This document shows positions 1 through 12,910 of a DNA stretch of 64,000 bases, piece after piece. Position numbers and translations under genes: made by a program. The DNA is from Lingula anatina (taxonomy: Eukaryota; Animalia; Brachiopoda): assembly GCA_051362555.1 (NCBI GenBank), contig CM120645.1:6944001-7008000 (forward strand), given 5' to 3'. The notes under the pieces are model-generated. The model was not told where the DNA came from. It saw nothing but the letters and a program-made list of their open reading frames with translations, and made no database searches. The stretch's first letter is position 1. Each line of letters opens with the position of its first letter.

Positions 1-817
1 GAAACACGTATCAAACTAACAATAATATGTCTTTTTCCATGCTCTCAGAATATTAAAGCATTGTGAATACTTCGTAGAAATGTAAAAAAAGTCATGAATT
101 GATATACTTCATATTACCAAATCTATTTAAGGTTATTTCATGCATTCATTTGGTATAGCAATCAATAAAACAAATATCAATCAAACAGCGTGTCTTTATT
201 TGTATTCTCAGAATATTAAAACATTTTGAACACTTCACATAAATGTTTAAAAAATGATGCAAAGATATGCTTAATACTTCCAAATCTATTAAAGGTCATT
301 TCATACGATGCCATTTTGTCAACTTCAACTCACACGAGGCAGCTAAACTGTCAGGTGGCCTGTCCGACCTTCAGCCCACCAAATACCTTGACGCCCTTGT
401 CGACCCTTTTTTCGCTACAGAAAACCTGGTATTAATGTGCTGCTTTATACAGAATGTCACAGAAATGTTTCGGCCGCCGCCAGCCTTTCGCACAATTGTA
501 AAAAGGTGATATCTCCATGCCCAATATCAATGGCATACCAATCCAAAACGATGGCGCCCGTTCTCTTTATGACTTTTATTGTTGTGTAATTTGAAAGTAA
601 TCCTAGAGATGAATTTGACAGCAAAGTGGCCGCATTTCCACGTGGCGAAAATACGCATGCGCAGAAAGCTCATTTCCTTGCAAATTCAATGTTTGCGACA
701 ACCGACTTTGTTGGGGGCTGGGGGGGGGGCTTTTTTTTTTTTTTTTTTTTTTTTGGAGAACGGGCGAAAATCCGTGCGCGCGCAGGATGTCATCCATAAA
801 ATTAAAAAAGTGTGGCC
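1..817 (+). mobile_element. Non-autonomous PIF/Harbinger-like TIR element, right part (left end lies outside the window)
   Basis: Colinear with 62741-63676. Ends in the TIR ...catccataaaattaaaaaagtgtggcc followed by TAA, a TWA-type 3-bp target. No transposase ORF. Confidence 0.85.
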
Positions 818-1308
818 TAATCACAAAAAAAAAAAAAAAAAAAAAATCTTGAAGTGCGTTCAAGTTGGGTAGAAAAATCAGTGGTACTGGTAAGTGTGAG
901 AAGAGAAAAGCACTATTCAATGACCCATGTCAAGGCATTTTTGTTTGTTTGAATGTTTGAGTAAAATATGAAAAATGCATAAAGACTAACAAGAAAGAAT
1001 GGCACACTTAATAGCAATTAAGAACTGACCTATGTGTAACAATATATAATTATTTACTTTTAATTCTGTCCATTGGGGATGATACAAATATAAAATCATG
1101 AAGCACACTACTTTTATTTAATAATAGTTTTCAATATTTGTAAATAAAATATAGAAATTTTTAGTAAATAAATTTCAATTCTGTCATTCTCCCACCCTAT
1201 AATAAAACCCTGGATATTCCAAGGCTGTATTATGACCAAAGGAATATTTTGTTTAAGCTATTTAAATTTAATGAAAAAAAATTTAATATTTTTGTGATGT
1301 TACTTTAG

Positions 1309-3143
1309 CTGATGTGAAGGTGCAATCCATGGAGAAGGAGCTGCAGAAAGCCCAGGAGGTGGCTAAGAAGTACCAGGAGTTATATGACCAGGAACGAACC
1401 ACTAAAGGAGTAGGGGCACGCCCACCCAGCAGGGCCGCCGGAGCTGACATAGATAGGCCCCCTTCACCTATGAAAATCAAGGACATAATCAGGAGGAATG
1501 AGGTCAGTGTAATACTGGACTCAGTCATGGCTTTTAAGAGTTATTGCTGACTGGTGTACAGGAGTTACCCAGATTTTTAGGTGAAGTCCAGTTTAGCTCC
1601 TTCATTTTCAAGTTTTGAAAATGCCCAATTGATACACCCTTGAGTTTCAGAGGACACTGAAGACTCAGCTCTCCACTATCTCAGCATGGTACTAAACATG
1701 TTGATAGTAGAGAAGTGGGTTTCCAGTGTCCTCTGAAACTCAGAATGATTTGATATGGATCAAGATATGAAAATGAAGAAGCTGGCACCCATCAGATGTA
1801 AAATGATCGATATTATATATAACTGGTGAGGCTATGCCATGAATTAGTTGCCTGAAAGCTTTGAATGAATAAATGTGACTGCTCAAATAGAAATTCTATA
1901 GCAAGTTGTGTTTTCTTCTAGGTGTTGGAAGCTGAGAATGACAAACTGAAAAGGGAGGTGCATAGGTTGAAGCAAGACAATGGGGAACTTATCAAGAAAG
2001 TGAAGGGTGCACAGACACATGCCATCAATGTGACAGTGAGTATGGTGGTGGTACCAGTTTATAATATTTTTACAATAAATTTACTTGTGCAGAATACATT
2101 ATGATGAGTGAGTTGAATTACTTGATTTGCAGAAACTTCTTATGGGTAAACATGATGTAATTATGCTGTTTTTATTTGTTTGTTTATTATTATCTTTCTT
2201 TCTTTTTTTTTTTTTTTTTTTTGAAAATACATTTCCTTTTGCAATAAAATGCAACTTTATAACTCTTAGATTGATGAATACTGTAAGTCATCATTTAAAC
2301 CTATCCAATGATATCTTTCTGAAAGGGTAATCTGATATACTTTTCTGCTTGCCAAACTGAATACTGAGATAAGTTAAAGGTAAGGTAACTTTTTCTTAAG
2401 GAAATGAAAATAATTTCAAATCCATTTCAGAATGCACTGGGCACAAGTGAAGCTGCCAGAGCAGAGCTCATAAAGCGTCTGGACAAAGAGAAAAAGGAAC
2501 ATGATCGCCTAAGTCGAAGTCTTACTAAACAAGCATCAGACTGGATCTACTCCAGGAAACAGATGCAGATGATGGACGAAGGGACAAAATGGAACCAGGT
2601 ATATAACATGTCATTTTATGCTTAAGATTAATGCACAAAAGTGTAACTGTATGCTAGCACCTGTCAATATACAATATGTGTATTTCATCACTTTTCTATA
2701 ACAGTCAACACCTCATTTCTCATAACATGCACTCTTGACACATTCTTCACACGTGGCCCAATTACACCAAACACAACCAACAATGAGATTCTCCTGTTCA
2801 GTGTCCTGTAAAAAGACCATCTGAATTTTCAATAAAGATTAATTTTTTTCAAAATCTTATTGTAATATTTTTAATCCCTTTAGAAAATAATTTATAAACT
2901 CAAGACTATCATTTGCCTGTAAATGTACAGCATTTCAGTTCACAGCCATTATTTACCAAAGCATTCTTTTCTTCTCCATGACTATATACTTTTACAATAC
3001 ACTTTTGATGGTTTCAGGTGGGTCATGTTGACGTGTTGGGAGGAGAGGACCGCTTGTACAGGCACCCAGTACAGAAAAATGTGTACACTCCTAAAAAGAT
3101 GTTACCAGTGCAACAATGGGCCTCTGCTAACCAGTCAAGTTGA
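1309..3143 (+). CDS. 3' coding exons of an uncharacterised coiled-coil protein
   Basis: Exons 1309-1502, 1922-2035, 2431-2598, 3018-3143 have AG/GT boundaries and consistent phases. Translation DVKVQSMEKELQKAQE...VLEAENDKLKREVHRLKQDN...QQWASANQSS* is heptad-rich. Possible upstream micro-exon at 855-889. Confidence 0.8.
1595..1783. repeat. Intronic inverted repeat / decayed MITE
   Basis: tgagtttcagaggacactg (1641) pairs with cagtgtcctctgaaactca (~1724-1742). Outer arms agctccttcattttca and tgaaaatgaagaagct also pair. Confidence 0.75.
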
Positions 3144-5255
3144 GGACTTTAAGACCAATTATTACATCATGACAGTGTAACATATTAGGCCATTTTGTTG
3201 GCATGAGCCAAGATTGAAAACAGAAATCTCTGAAAATTGTTCTTAGGACCAAACTCTTCAACATTTGAAAATTAGGCTAGGGTTCAACTACCGAGGGCCT
3301 TATCAGAATTGAATTAAAGCTCTTAAAATTACGTCAATCCACAGAATATCTGGTATAAGACATTGCAATGTGCCAGCTGTGACACAAAGGTATTGCAGTG
3401 TGTTATATGTGACACATTACAAATACATGTTACAACAGTATACTGGGTATAATTGCCATAACACATGCCATAGAGCTAGCTATAGCATTCAAGGACCTTA
3501 TAATAAGTTATGTATCAGTAATTTATTTTAAATTCTTTTAAATGTGTTCACAAATATGTTGATCAGCTGTTCTAGGTCTGACCTGGGGCACGGACAACTA
3601 CATGGCCGTGATGTCTACTTTATGTCATGAAACTTACAATTAAAGAGTAGAGGTGGCATTTTTATGTAAACATTTTCTTTAGATTTAGTGGATTTTCTTG
3701 TATCATACAACAAACAAAAATGGGACCTTAAACTTTCATTTAAACATACACTTCATTGTTGTAATGACATTCATCAATCATTATGTTCTCTTTATTTTTT
3801 ATGACATTTACATGTAGAAAGTATTAACTTTTATAATTCATCACATATTTAATCATATTGTAATCAGGAACTTATATATCAGCTTAGACTTAGAGGACTG
3901 CCTTTGGTCTGAAAGGAAGGCAACTTGTATTGAGATCAAGTTCTGAGGTTGAAAAAATTACAGTAATGAGGTCTGAGAAAAGCAAACTGTTTTGATCACT
4001 ATCTATGCAATATAATTCATACTCTGTCATAGAAATTGAGCTGATGTGTATCCAGTTTTAAAATATTGTGTAACAGTTGCAAAGTATCAACACGAATAGT
4101 AAACCAAGATCAGTTTTTTGCAGTGGGGTATTTTATAATTGAAAAGTCAGAGTGCTAAGGAAGGGGTTAATTTGCCATGAAATAAATTTAACATTTTCTG
4201 CAGTGAATCAGTAAGGAGAGAGAACTGACTGGAACTTAGATATTCAGTCTTGTTTTTCTTATGTATATACCTAGTAGTTAATTGTTTTAAAATGAGGGAG
4301 GTATGTATCACTGTCTCATAATCAGAATCTCACTATTCACAGTCAGAGACATATCCTCAAGGTGCCAAAATTGTCTTTATGATAAATCAAAACAAACAGG
4401 TAATGAACATGACTTTTATACCATTTAGAGTATTAGGACTTTTCCAGATATTATTCTTCTAAATATGTCTTTGCATTTCTTCTTCATAATGCAATAAATT
4501 CACACTTTTAATTCCCTGTACGTGTTGCTTTTTCCTTTTAATCAACTTCAGTTGGTTTCAAAACTAAAGCAATCAAGCAAGTTTCAGCATTATCTGTTAC
4601 TTAAGGCAGAAATTTAAACAAAAAAGACATTGCCGAAATGCAAAAAATATGAAATTCTGCATGAACACATATTTTATCAGGAGACCATGCTTAGTTCTTC
4701 CATCACTTTGTTGTGATCATGTGATTAAGATGTCACAAAGATGTCACAAAGATGCCACAAAGAAGTGAGCCACTAAGCAACCAGCAAAACTCTAGCCAGA
4801 ATACAGATTAAAGCTATCTCTGGCCTGGTGTGAATAATGAAGTCAATTAACTATAAGATCACTGATGTACTGTCACTGTGCCAGATTGCCATTCACTAAA
4901 TTGCTGACCTCACTGCTACTGAATGGATGATTACAGGATATGAGTGAAGCACTACAAGTTGCAAAATTTAACTAGGAAAATTCTTAAAAACACTTGTCAG
5001 AGGCATTTTATAAAGGCACCATCTCTATGGTCTCGTGGATGCATATTGTTGTGAGGAGGTGGCACCTGTTGTCTGCTATGTTGACACAGTAAAACTGTAA
5101 TTGAATTATGACTGAGAATACCCAGAATCAAGCATAAGTGGACACGGCCATCAACCTGAGTGAATGACTTTGCCGAAGGCAACCAGCTTTGGGTACAACA
5201 TAATGCTAAAGAATCTAAGAATACTGGGTCCACTACTGGTGCTTAACTGGGGTGG

Positions 5256-8200
5256 TCACTGGTCACCACTCTGGTCACCACTCTGGTCACCAGTATTAAG
5301 ACCAGCTTGTCCATCAGTGGCATGATCAAGCTCCTGAGTACTAGTGTCGCCATCTGCAATCTTCTCAACCACCGGACGCCAGCCCTCGGGTGTTTCTAAA
5401 CCCAGCTGGTCAAGTGTCCAGTAAAAATAATCTGGCATGGGGGCCCTTATGGTCACCCACATCCTGCTGCGCATCTTGTTTGGGAACTTTCCCTCGGAGT
5501 TCAGCTGTGGAATGACCAGCTGATTGCAGTGTAGGTGCAAAGGGATGATGTCTTTTTCGCGAATAAATCTCATTCGTAATTGACTCTCTAGAAGCTCCGG
5601 AAGAATCTGTAAGTAAAAATGTCAATAATGTATGCGGTCATTATTTAATGGGTTTACTGAAACATTAATAAATGCACACATACTTATTGCACAAGGATGC
5701 AGAATGAACATATCTTACACAGTTATGAGCGTGAACACATGCCAGGTTAACATGTTTGAAGTGTCTGGTGCAGTAAGTTTCAGCAGTTTCTTCACAATAA
5801 TGACTTCTTTAGAAGATGGTGACAAGAAAGACGCCAACAAATTTGACCTGAAAATAACTCCCAATTTTTAGTCAGTGTTGTGCAGAAACCATCATCATAG
5901 CTGGGATGCTGTATACTAAAAACCCTGATGTAACACTTTAATTACTGGACAGGTGTGGTCAATTTTGGTCAGTTACCTGTGGTTTTGGAGTGGCTACTGC
6001 TGCATTGACCACTGTTGGCTTGCCCATCATGTATTGAACTCTGGAGGAGTAGGTGTGGTCTCCAAGGACAGGTGACAACATCCGGGCCAGATGCACCTGG
6101 AGACAGTCCCACTTATCTGGAAAAAACAACAGTTTATCAAATAAACTTCAAAAAGAGATCCTCCAATGTGCGAGTATCTTAACGGCATACATAGAGTGAA
6201 TTTTTGTGTTATATAAATATTTAATGAAGTAATTAATTAAGTATTTAAGGCTATTTATATGCATGTACATTACATAATATTGTGTTGTGGAGAAAATTAA
6301 TGAAATCAGAATTTACTCAAGGTGTTAATAATGGCTAGAGATGGTATACTGAATTAGGTGTATATAAAAATTAAAATTTGAGTGTAATTATAACTGAATC
6401 AAAGCCAAAGCATGTCACAAAAACATCTACAAAATTTTTGCAAAAATTTTTGGAGATTCTTTTGAGTTCATCTCTTCGAGTTTTCCATATTTATACAGAC
6501 CATCTGATTTCATTCACAATAGGTGCAACCCCTCAAAGTTCGACTAAATTTATTGTTTGTTAAAATAAAAACTGAAAAATTGCTATTCCTGCTGGTAATG
6601 CTTACTATTTGTGGGCTTCAGCTGGACCAAGGCACTGCCAACTTCATTGTTTTTGGCCAGAACTGTGTGAGCAATAGTAGGCACCATCACTGTGCGGTTC
6701 TTCCTTGCCTTAAGGGAGCAATTTCTGGTCACAAATGACTGCAAACAGAACAAAGTGGCAAAAATGAGAAGGAAGACACAATGTTATACTTTAAGGAAAG
6801 ACTGAATGGTATTTAAATTGTTCTCCACATATATCTCTAAGTCAGCATCATTTGTGTACACTTGCTAGATTTTGTGTTAGAGTAGGCCTAGCATCTGTTC
6901 ATACTACCTTGATTTTATGAGTGGCCTACAACTGTGGCAACAGACAGGTAAAAACAAATTCCCTGATGCTAGGAGAAGAAATTTAATAAATTGAATGAAT
7001 GTTTAAAAACAACAAAAGGGGACTTATTCAAAAATAATCCCAGTGCCTGCTTTAGAGCTATTCAACTGTACTTTTCTGTTCTGTAACAAATTCCAAAACT
7101 CTTTCTTCAGTTTGCCAATCTAATCAAATTTGGACCAGCACAGAATTGGGCCAATCTGCAGAATTTTTGTAATGCAGATCCTCTAGACCTTCAATATCTC
7201 CAAAGTTTTCCCTATGTCTGTTACACTGTAGTAATGTGTAATAAAAATAAGATATGTCACAAAAGGAGGGGATAACATAGAAATTTTTTCTGTTACCAGC
7301 TTCCTTACCAAAACATTTTTCTGAAGTTCTCTCCTCTCCAGTCCAAGCTCTTCCACACCTTCATCTTTTGTAGGAATACCAACTGTTACTGCCCTGTTTG
7401 TGAAAATGTAACATATATCACAATAACTTGTTTCTTAGACATTTAATTGGTAACAATTTCAATTAGAGTAACTGTTTTTTTTACTTTTCACATACCTGGT
7501 CCACAAAAAAACCTTTAAATATAATAATTACAATGACAACTGTTACAGCAATAAAATATCAGGGCCCCGTGTATTGCGAATCGCTATATCAAATAGAGGC
7601 TACAATGTATGGTATGGGACGAGTATGGGCTAGTTATTGAATCGAGATGCTAGCGCATGTGCGCAACATAGCGAACATTTTCAAGATACAGAGCCCAGAC
7701 CTTTTTTTTTGACATGGTAAATATCTGTTAATAATAATTTATTGAATGAAAACATTTTTTTAGTTTTAACTGGTTGGAGAGTGGACTGTTTCACTTACCA
7801 GAATGTCTGTGACTCCAGTTTCTGGGACACAATACTCTGAGCATATTTGCGTAGCGCTTTATCTGCCTCCAATGACTTGACAAACAAAAGGACACCACTG
7901 TGCTTCATATGAAATTGAGACTCCCTGGATAACAATAAAAAGTGAGGTGTAAGAGCAGAAAATTAACACTCTCCTGTGTTAAGGAAAAATACTAGATTTC
8001 TTATGAAATTCTGAAAAGAGAAAAATGACAATGCTATGCTCCACATACTCATACCTACAATCCTTCTGATAACAGGTGAGAAACATGTGGCTCTGATTGA
8101 GGCTGTCTTTCAATTCTGGCAGAACGGACATTACTGATGGTATCTGAGAGGGATGCTCTATCGGGTCCTCTGGAATGGCATCTCTCTTCTTTTTCTTGTC

Positions 8201-9436
8201 AAGATTTGGAGCTAAACAAATTAGATTTATATTAAAGAAAATTTTACAGCTTTTTTGTGATTCAGCATGCACAGCATGTAAGTGAAAGATTATAAGTAAA
8301 ACCACTTTGTTATTAAGTTTTTGCATTAAAAAAGTATGGAAAACATTTAATATTATTCAATATTAAATGACGGCTTTTAAAAGCCAGTGAAGACAATCCA
8401 TATATTTACATTCATGTTGCAAACTTACAAGTGTCTTTATCACCCAAGGTATTACTTACTAAAGATGGGGACATCAGCTGGTTTGTTAAAAGCTATGTAA
8501 TGTTCTGAAATGATAACATAAAAGGCTTTTACTTCTTTGGTAATTTTCGCAATCAATAGCTTACTTTAAGTTAGACTTAAAAGTCATATTGTTCAAATAA
8601 TCTGCCCCTGATGAACTTCCGGGAGGAATTGGCTTTTGTTATTCTTTCATAGGTTTTGAAAGGAGTATGTTGAAAATGTCAACAACGTTATTAAAAAAAT
8701 TTAGTGCAAAACTGAAATTGGGCACATTCTGTAAGAAGATTTAAAATTAAAGCCACTGAAAAAAGGACCTACTTTAACTAGCACTACTATAAAAATATTT
8801 TTCTGACCACTCACACTATTATAGTATATATATATTGAATTATTAGAAAAGTCCACACTCACTATCCTGATAGAGAACATTTTGTAACAAGTGTTTTGTC
8901 AGAGCCTTGCTGTTCATCCATAATGAACGTTCAAGGTACGGGTGTTGTTTTGTGTGTCCTATGTTTTTATTTTCCTTGCGTGTCTTAACCCTCTGCCTCT
9001 CCATTTCTCTTTCTCTTGCCATAAATTCACTGTCATGTCTAGGTCGCCTGGCACCATGAACAGGGACACTGTTTTTAAAGTTATCTTTCCTACTAGGCTG
9101 GACTCTTTGATTTCTCCTATACTCCCCCGTTGAAGAAACATCATCAGTGAAACTCCTGTCAGGGCGATACTGATGTTTTGCAGGCTGTTCATTTTGCACC
9201 CTGGTAGTTTTATCAGAAAAAGCACCATTTCTGTTCATATGTTTATTCTGTTTTTGTTTCAAACTGGCTTCAGTCCTAATATATGTTTTGTCCTCATTGA
9301 TATCAGGTCCTGATGTCACTGTTCTCGTCTTTGGCACACCTAGTAAGGGCCTTGGTTTAAATAAAATACCTCGTCGGAGAGCTGTTCTTGATGAAATGCT
9401 CCCTGTAAAGCCTATTAACTTTACTAAATGTTCCAT
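5256..9436 (-). CDS. RPUSD3: Mitochondrial RluA-family pseudouridine synthase domain protein, RPUSD3-like (~536 aa, 8 coding exons)
   Basis: Exons 9436-8863, 8504-8460, 8211-8055, 7924-7799, 7393-7309, 6738-6606, 6116-5977, 5606-5256 join in frame. Motifs: YQDKHYIAFNKP, SGVLLFVKS, FWAVTVGIP, LQVHLARMLSPVLGDHTYSSRV, IPLHLH. Arg-rich N-terminus resembles a transit peptide. No HRLD motif, as recalled for RPUSD3 rather than RPUSD4. Confidence 0.85.
7563..7695. mobile_element. Small Harbinger/Tourist-like MITE in an RPUSD3 intron
   Basis: Imperfect TIRs ggccccgtgtattg and caagatacagagcc, with CAG on both flanks (3-bp TSD). Confidence 0.55.
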
Positions 9437-10039
9437 GACTATTCTTGGTAATAAGAAAAGTAAAGTTAATTTTCCATCTCAGGCACTCCCAGTCTCACTG
9501 CAAGAGAAAATTTTATTTTATAAACAATAATTTGAACTCATTTTATAAGATCTTGTATTTTTTTAACAACTTGAAGGAAATGATGTAAAACTATTACATC
9601 AACTGCTTACTACTAGACTGCATTATAATCAGCTTCCATCACTCCTTTTATTGAAGTTTCTTATTGTCACTTTTGTGCTGTTATGTACCACTACAGTACA
9701 TTTAAATGCATAAAATGATAATGGGACTGTTGGTTGCCTCAGTTTCTGAGTTACCCTGCATGCACATGCTATGCAGTTAAGGCCTCAGAACACCCTGGCA
9801 GTGTGTTTTGTAAGGGTACCGTTACCATGTAAGGCTGAAAACTGAGGCTATGATGCCTCACCCCTCACGCCGCCCCCCCCCCCCCCCTTTTCACACACAC
9901 ACTCACACACACACACACACACAAACACACTAGAACGTAATTAATTCTCAGCTGCAGTTTCTGACACCTACTGGCTGCGCTTACACATCAAATGAAAACT
10001 TGAATGGAACCTGATATAATTACAAAATGTAGTACATTA

Positions 10040-10711
10040 CCGGTTTTATTCGAAGCACGCTTGATTCATAAATTTAGACTTGCATTAAACGTCATCAATC
10101 TATGAGCACGGAAGTTGGGACGGAGAGTTGGTGTGTAGGTGGCAGTAAAGTCGACCATGGAGCATTTTAATGTGAGGCAAGTGCGACATCTATAGCTGTA
10201 ACTTGTAAATACACGTGTTGTTATAGGTAAGGTTAGCAAGTGTTTCAATTCTGGTTTTCTTTTGATTTAAATCACTTAATATGTTTTATTGATTAGTCAT
10301 TTAATTTTCTGTGCGTAGAAGGTATAATTCTAAATCTTTCTTTCAGTTTAAATCCAGTTTAAAACTAAGATAAGAGACTACATGTATGAACAGAGAATGT
10401 GGATGTTTGCAATTTTGTCTAGAAGTCCCAACTAAAAAGCTCAGTCTGATTAAGGCTTCGCCCTGGTTGGCCGTAAGCTAGCGGTATGAAAATATTTCGG
10501 CTTGTGTTTGATAATTTTCATTTATGAAAAATATTATTTTTGGGAAGGGCGGTAGGGATTGAGGACAGAAGTATAGGGCATCACATAGTTTGTATTTCAT
10601 AACATTACATCTATATTACAGATTCAAACACCTTATACTGTGTGTAAATAAAAACTGCTTTGACTGACAACTGAAACGGCCCATATCAAGTACAACTAAG
10701 GTGCCTTAGCC
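10040..10711. promoter_or_regulatory. Putative bidirectional promoter plus non-coding first exon of RPUSD3
   Basis: Head-to-head genes. Minus-strand donor G|gtaatg at ~10040 and a matching acceptor before 9497. CpG frequency is locally raised. LLPH ATG at 10712. Confidence 0.55.
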
Positions 10712-11447
10712 ATGGCAAAGAGCCTTCGAAGTAAATGGAAAAGAAAGATGCGCGCCGTGAAGCGCGTGAAGAATGCACCAAAGGAGTTGGCCAAGTTGAA
10801 AAAGATACTTGGTACAGAGGCGCAGAAAGACGTAGACATGAAAGAACTGTATACAGGTACAGTTAGAAACAATTTTATGTGAAAAAGGCAGCCATAATAA
10901 TAAGTTTCCACTCTCAGTGTCTTGTATTTCAAGGGAACTGATGATTACCAATCAGTAATAAGTGCTATCAGTATCCACTAACAACACCAGACAAATACCT
11001 GACTAGACCAGGGATCGAACCTGGGATGCTTGCTTAGCATGCAAGTGCTCTGACACTGAGCTGTTGAGCTGGGGTTTACTCTGGCCAGTCATCACAAGAC
11101 TCTTCTTTCATTGATTTATTATCCTCACTATTAATTTTCCTTAAAAATTCAAATACTTATTTATTTTTGTAACTAATCAAAGGCAGATATTCTTATTTGT
11201 TTTTCATTTTTCCAGTAACAGATGCAAGTAACATAAAGAAGAATAAAGAAACCACACCAGGAGGTATACATTTTATATGTAATTTCCAATGAATTTATTG
11301 TTTTATATTATTTAAACTCCAAAATGTATGACTGGCAATGCAGATCCATGATTTGATATAATATGTATATAGCTACTGAGTTTCACCTGCTAGACAGATA
11401 CAATACAATATGATAACATAAATCACACACACACATCATTGACTTTT

Positions 11448-11481
<34 letters not shown>

Positions 11482-11763
11482 AGACATCAAAATCAGTATT
11501 TCAGAGTTTATTAATTGGTTTATTTAGGCTTTAACAAAAATGACTTTAATTAAAAAGGTCCACTGTGCTAATGTTTACATTTATCATACTTTTCAGAAAC
11601 CATGGATATTGACCAGGCTCCAAGAAAATATGATAAAAAGACAATGCGTGATGAAAATGGACAGTATCCAGTATGGATGAATAAGAAAGCCATCAAGAAA
11701 GTCAGAGCACAGGTGAAAAAAGCAAAGAACAAAAAAGGAAAAGGAAGGAAACTGAAGTGGTGA
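10712..11763 (+). CDS. LLPH: Protein LLP homolog (119 aa, 3 exons)
   Basis: Exons 10712-10856, 11216-11263, 11597-11763. Translation [18 protein letters not shown]...[18 protein letters not shown]...KLKW* has the diagnostic LLPH termini. Confidence 0.95.
11001..11070 (-). repeat. tRNA-derived SINE head / tRNA pseudogene in LLPH intron 1
   Basis: Minus strand reads agctcaacagctcagtgtcagagcacttgcatgctaagcaagcatcccaggttcgatccctggtctagtc. It has A-box-like and B-box (GGTTCGATCC) motifs, but the acceptor stem is broken. Confidence 0.65.
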
Positions 11764-12235
11764 CAATTTTCTTTTCTTTTTGTAAAATTAATTCAATCAA
11801 ATGCTCCTCTAACATAGATGGAGTGTTTAAGTTTTTGACCAACTGCTGTAATTGTGGACAGGAATCTGAAAATTGCAGCCAATGTGTGCGGTCTTCAGAG
11901 ACAGAAAGAAACAACGGTGTCATTAAAACTTCGAGAAATATGACAAAGAAAAAGAAAATAATTTCTTCTTTTGCCGTGGTCGTAAAGTTTGGGTGGTGAT
12001 CATGCAGCCACTGAAGATGTAAAGCTTTTTTTCTTTTTTTGAAAGATTCTCAACACAATATAAATATATTGTATAAAAGATATTTATTTACAGTATAAAA
12101 AATTGAAATCAGTCTGATCTATAATCATGACTGGTACAAAAAAATACATTTTTAAAACAATTCACTAGTTTGTTGTGTATGAACTTAAAAACCTATGAAG
12201 TGGTTTTAAGTGACTGACTGAATCTAGAGCACGCC

Positions 12236-12910
12236 ACATCCATATTTCGCCACACCAATGGTGCTCTCTTCCTCTCCACAGGTTCTAGGTTCCTCTGGGT
12301 TCTACGGTTCTCCCTCTTTCATATACTTTTCATGCTTTACCATACAAACCATGCCCTCTCTACAGTAACCCAATTTCTACAGGTTTTCAATCCTGCTATC
12401 AGATTCATAATTTTCACAAATAAAGTTCTTTCCCACAACAGCCAAGGAATGAGAGTTATATCTCTTCTCTTACTGTTAAGTCAGTATGTCCATATTTCAC
12501 CATATTATATCAAACAGTTCTCCACTCCCCTTGTGGTCTCCGAACATAACCAAATAAATGCTGCTCTGTCCCACTAGCTCAGTTTTCCATCCTCGCTGTA
12601 GTCTCCATAATTTACCACAGAAGTGCTGCTTTCTCTCGCAGTAACCTAGCTAGGTCCGACAGTTCTCCACTAGCACTGGGGTCTTAAAATTTCATCATAC
12701 AAATGCTGCTTTCTCTCCCAGTAACCTAGGACCGACAGTTCTCAACTTTGGCTGTCATCTCCATATTTCACCACACAAATGCTGCTCTCTCCCGCAGTAA
12801 GCTAGGTCCAACATTTCTTCACTTTGGTTTTGGTCTCTGTATTTCACCACACAAATGCTGCCCTCTCTCGCAGTAACCTTGGTCCAACAGTTCTCCATTC
12901 TCGCTGCCGA
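12236..12910 (-). repeat. Degenerate ~76-bp tandem array overlapping the ACTR8 stop codon and 3'UTR
   Basis: Unit ttcaccacacaaatgctgc...cgcagtaacct.ggtccaacagttctcca recurs, with stop-codon positions at 12844, 12768, 12692 and 12612. Fragments near 12546, 12496, 12338 and 12246. Confidence 0.85.

Noticed and set aside
12236-12910. CRISPR-like appearance of the regularly spaced repeats
   Set aside because: Whole units are homologous with no unique spacers, they derive from ACTR8 coding sequence, and the context is eukaryotic with no cas genes.
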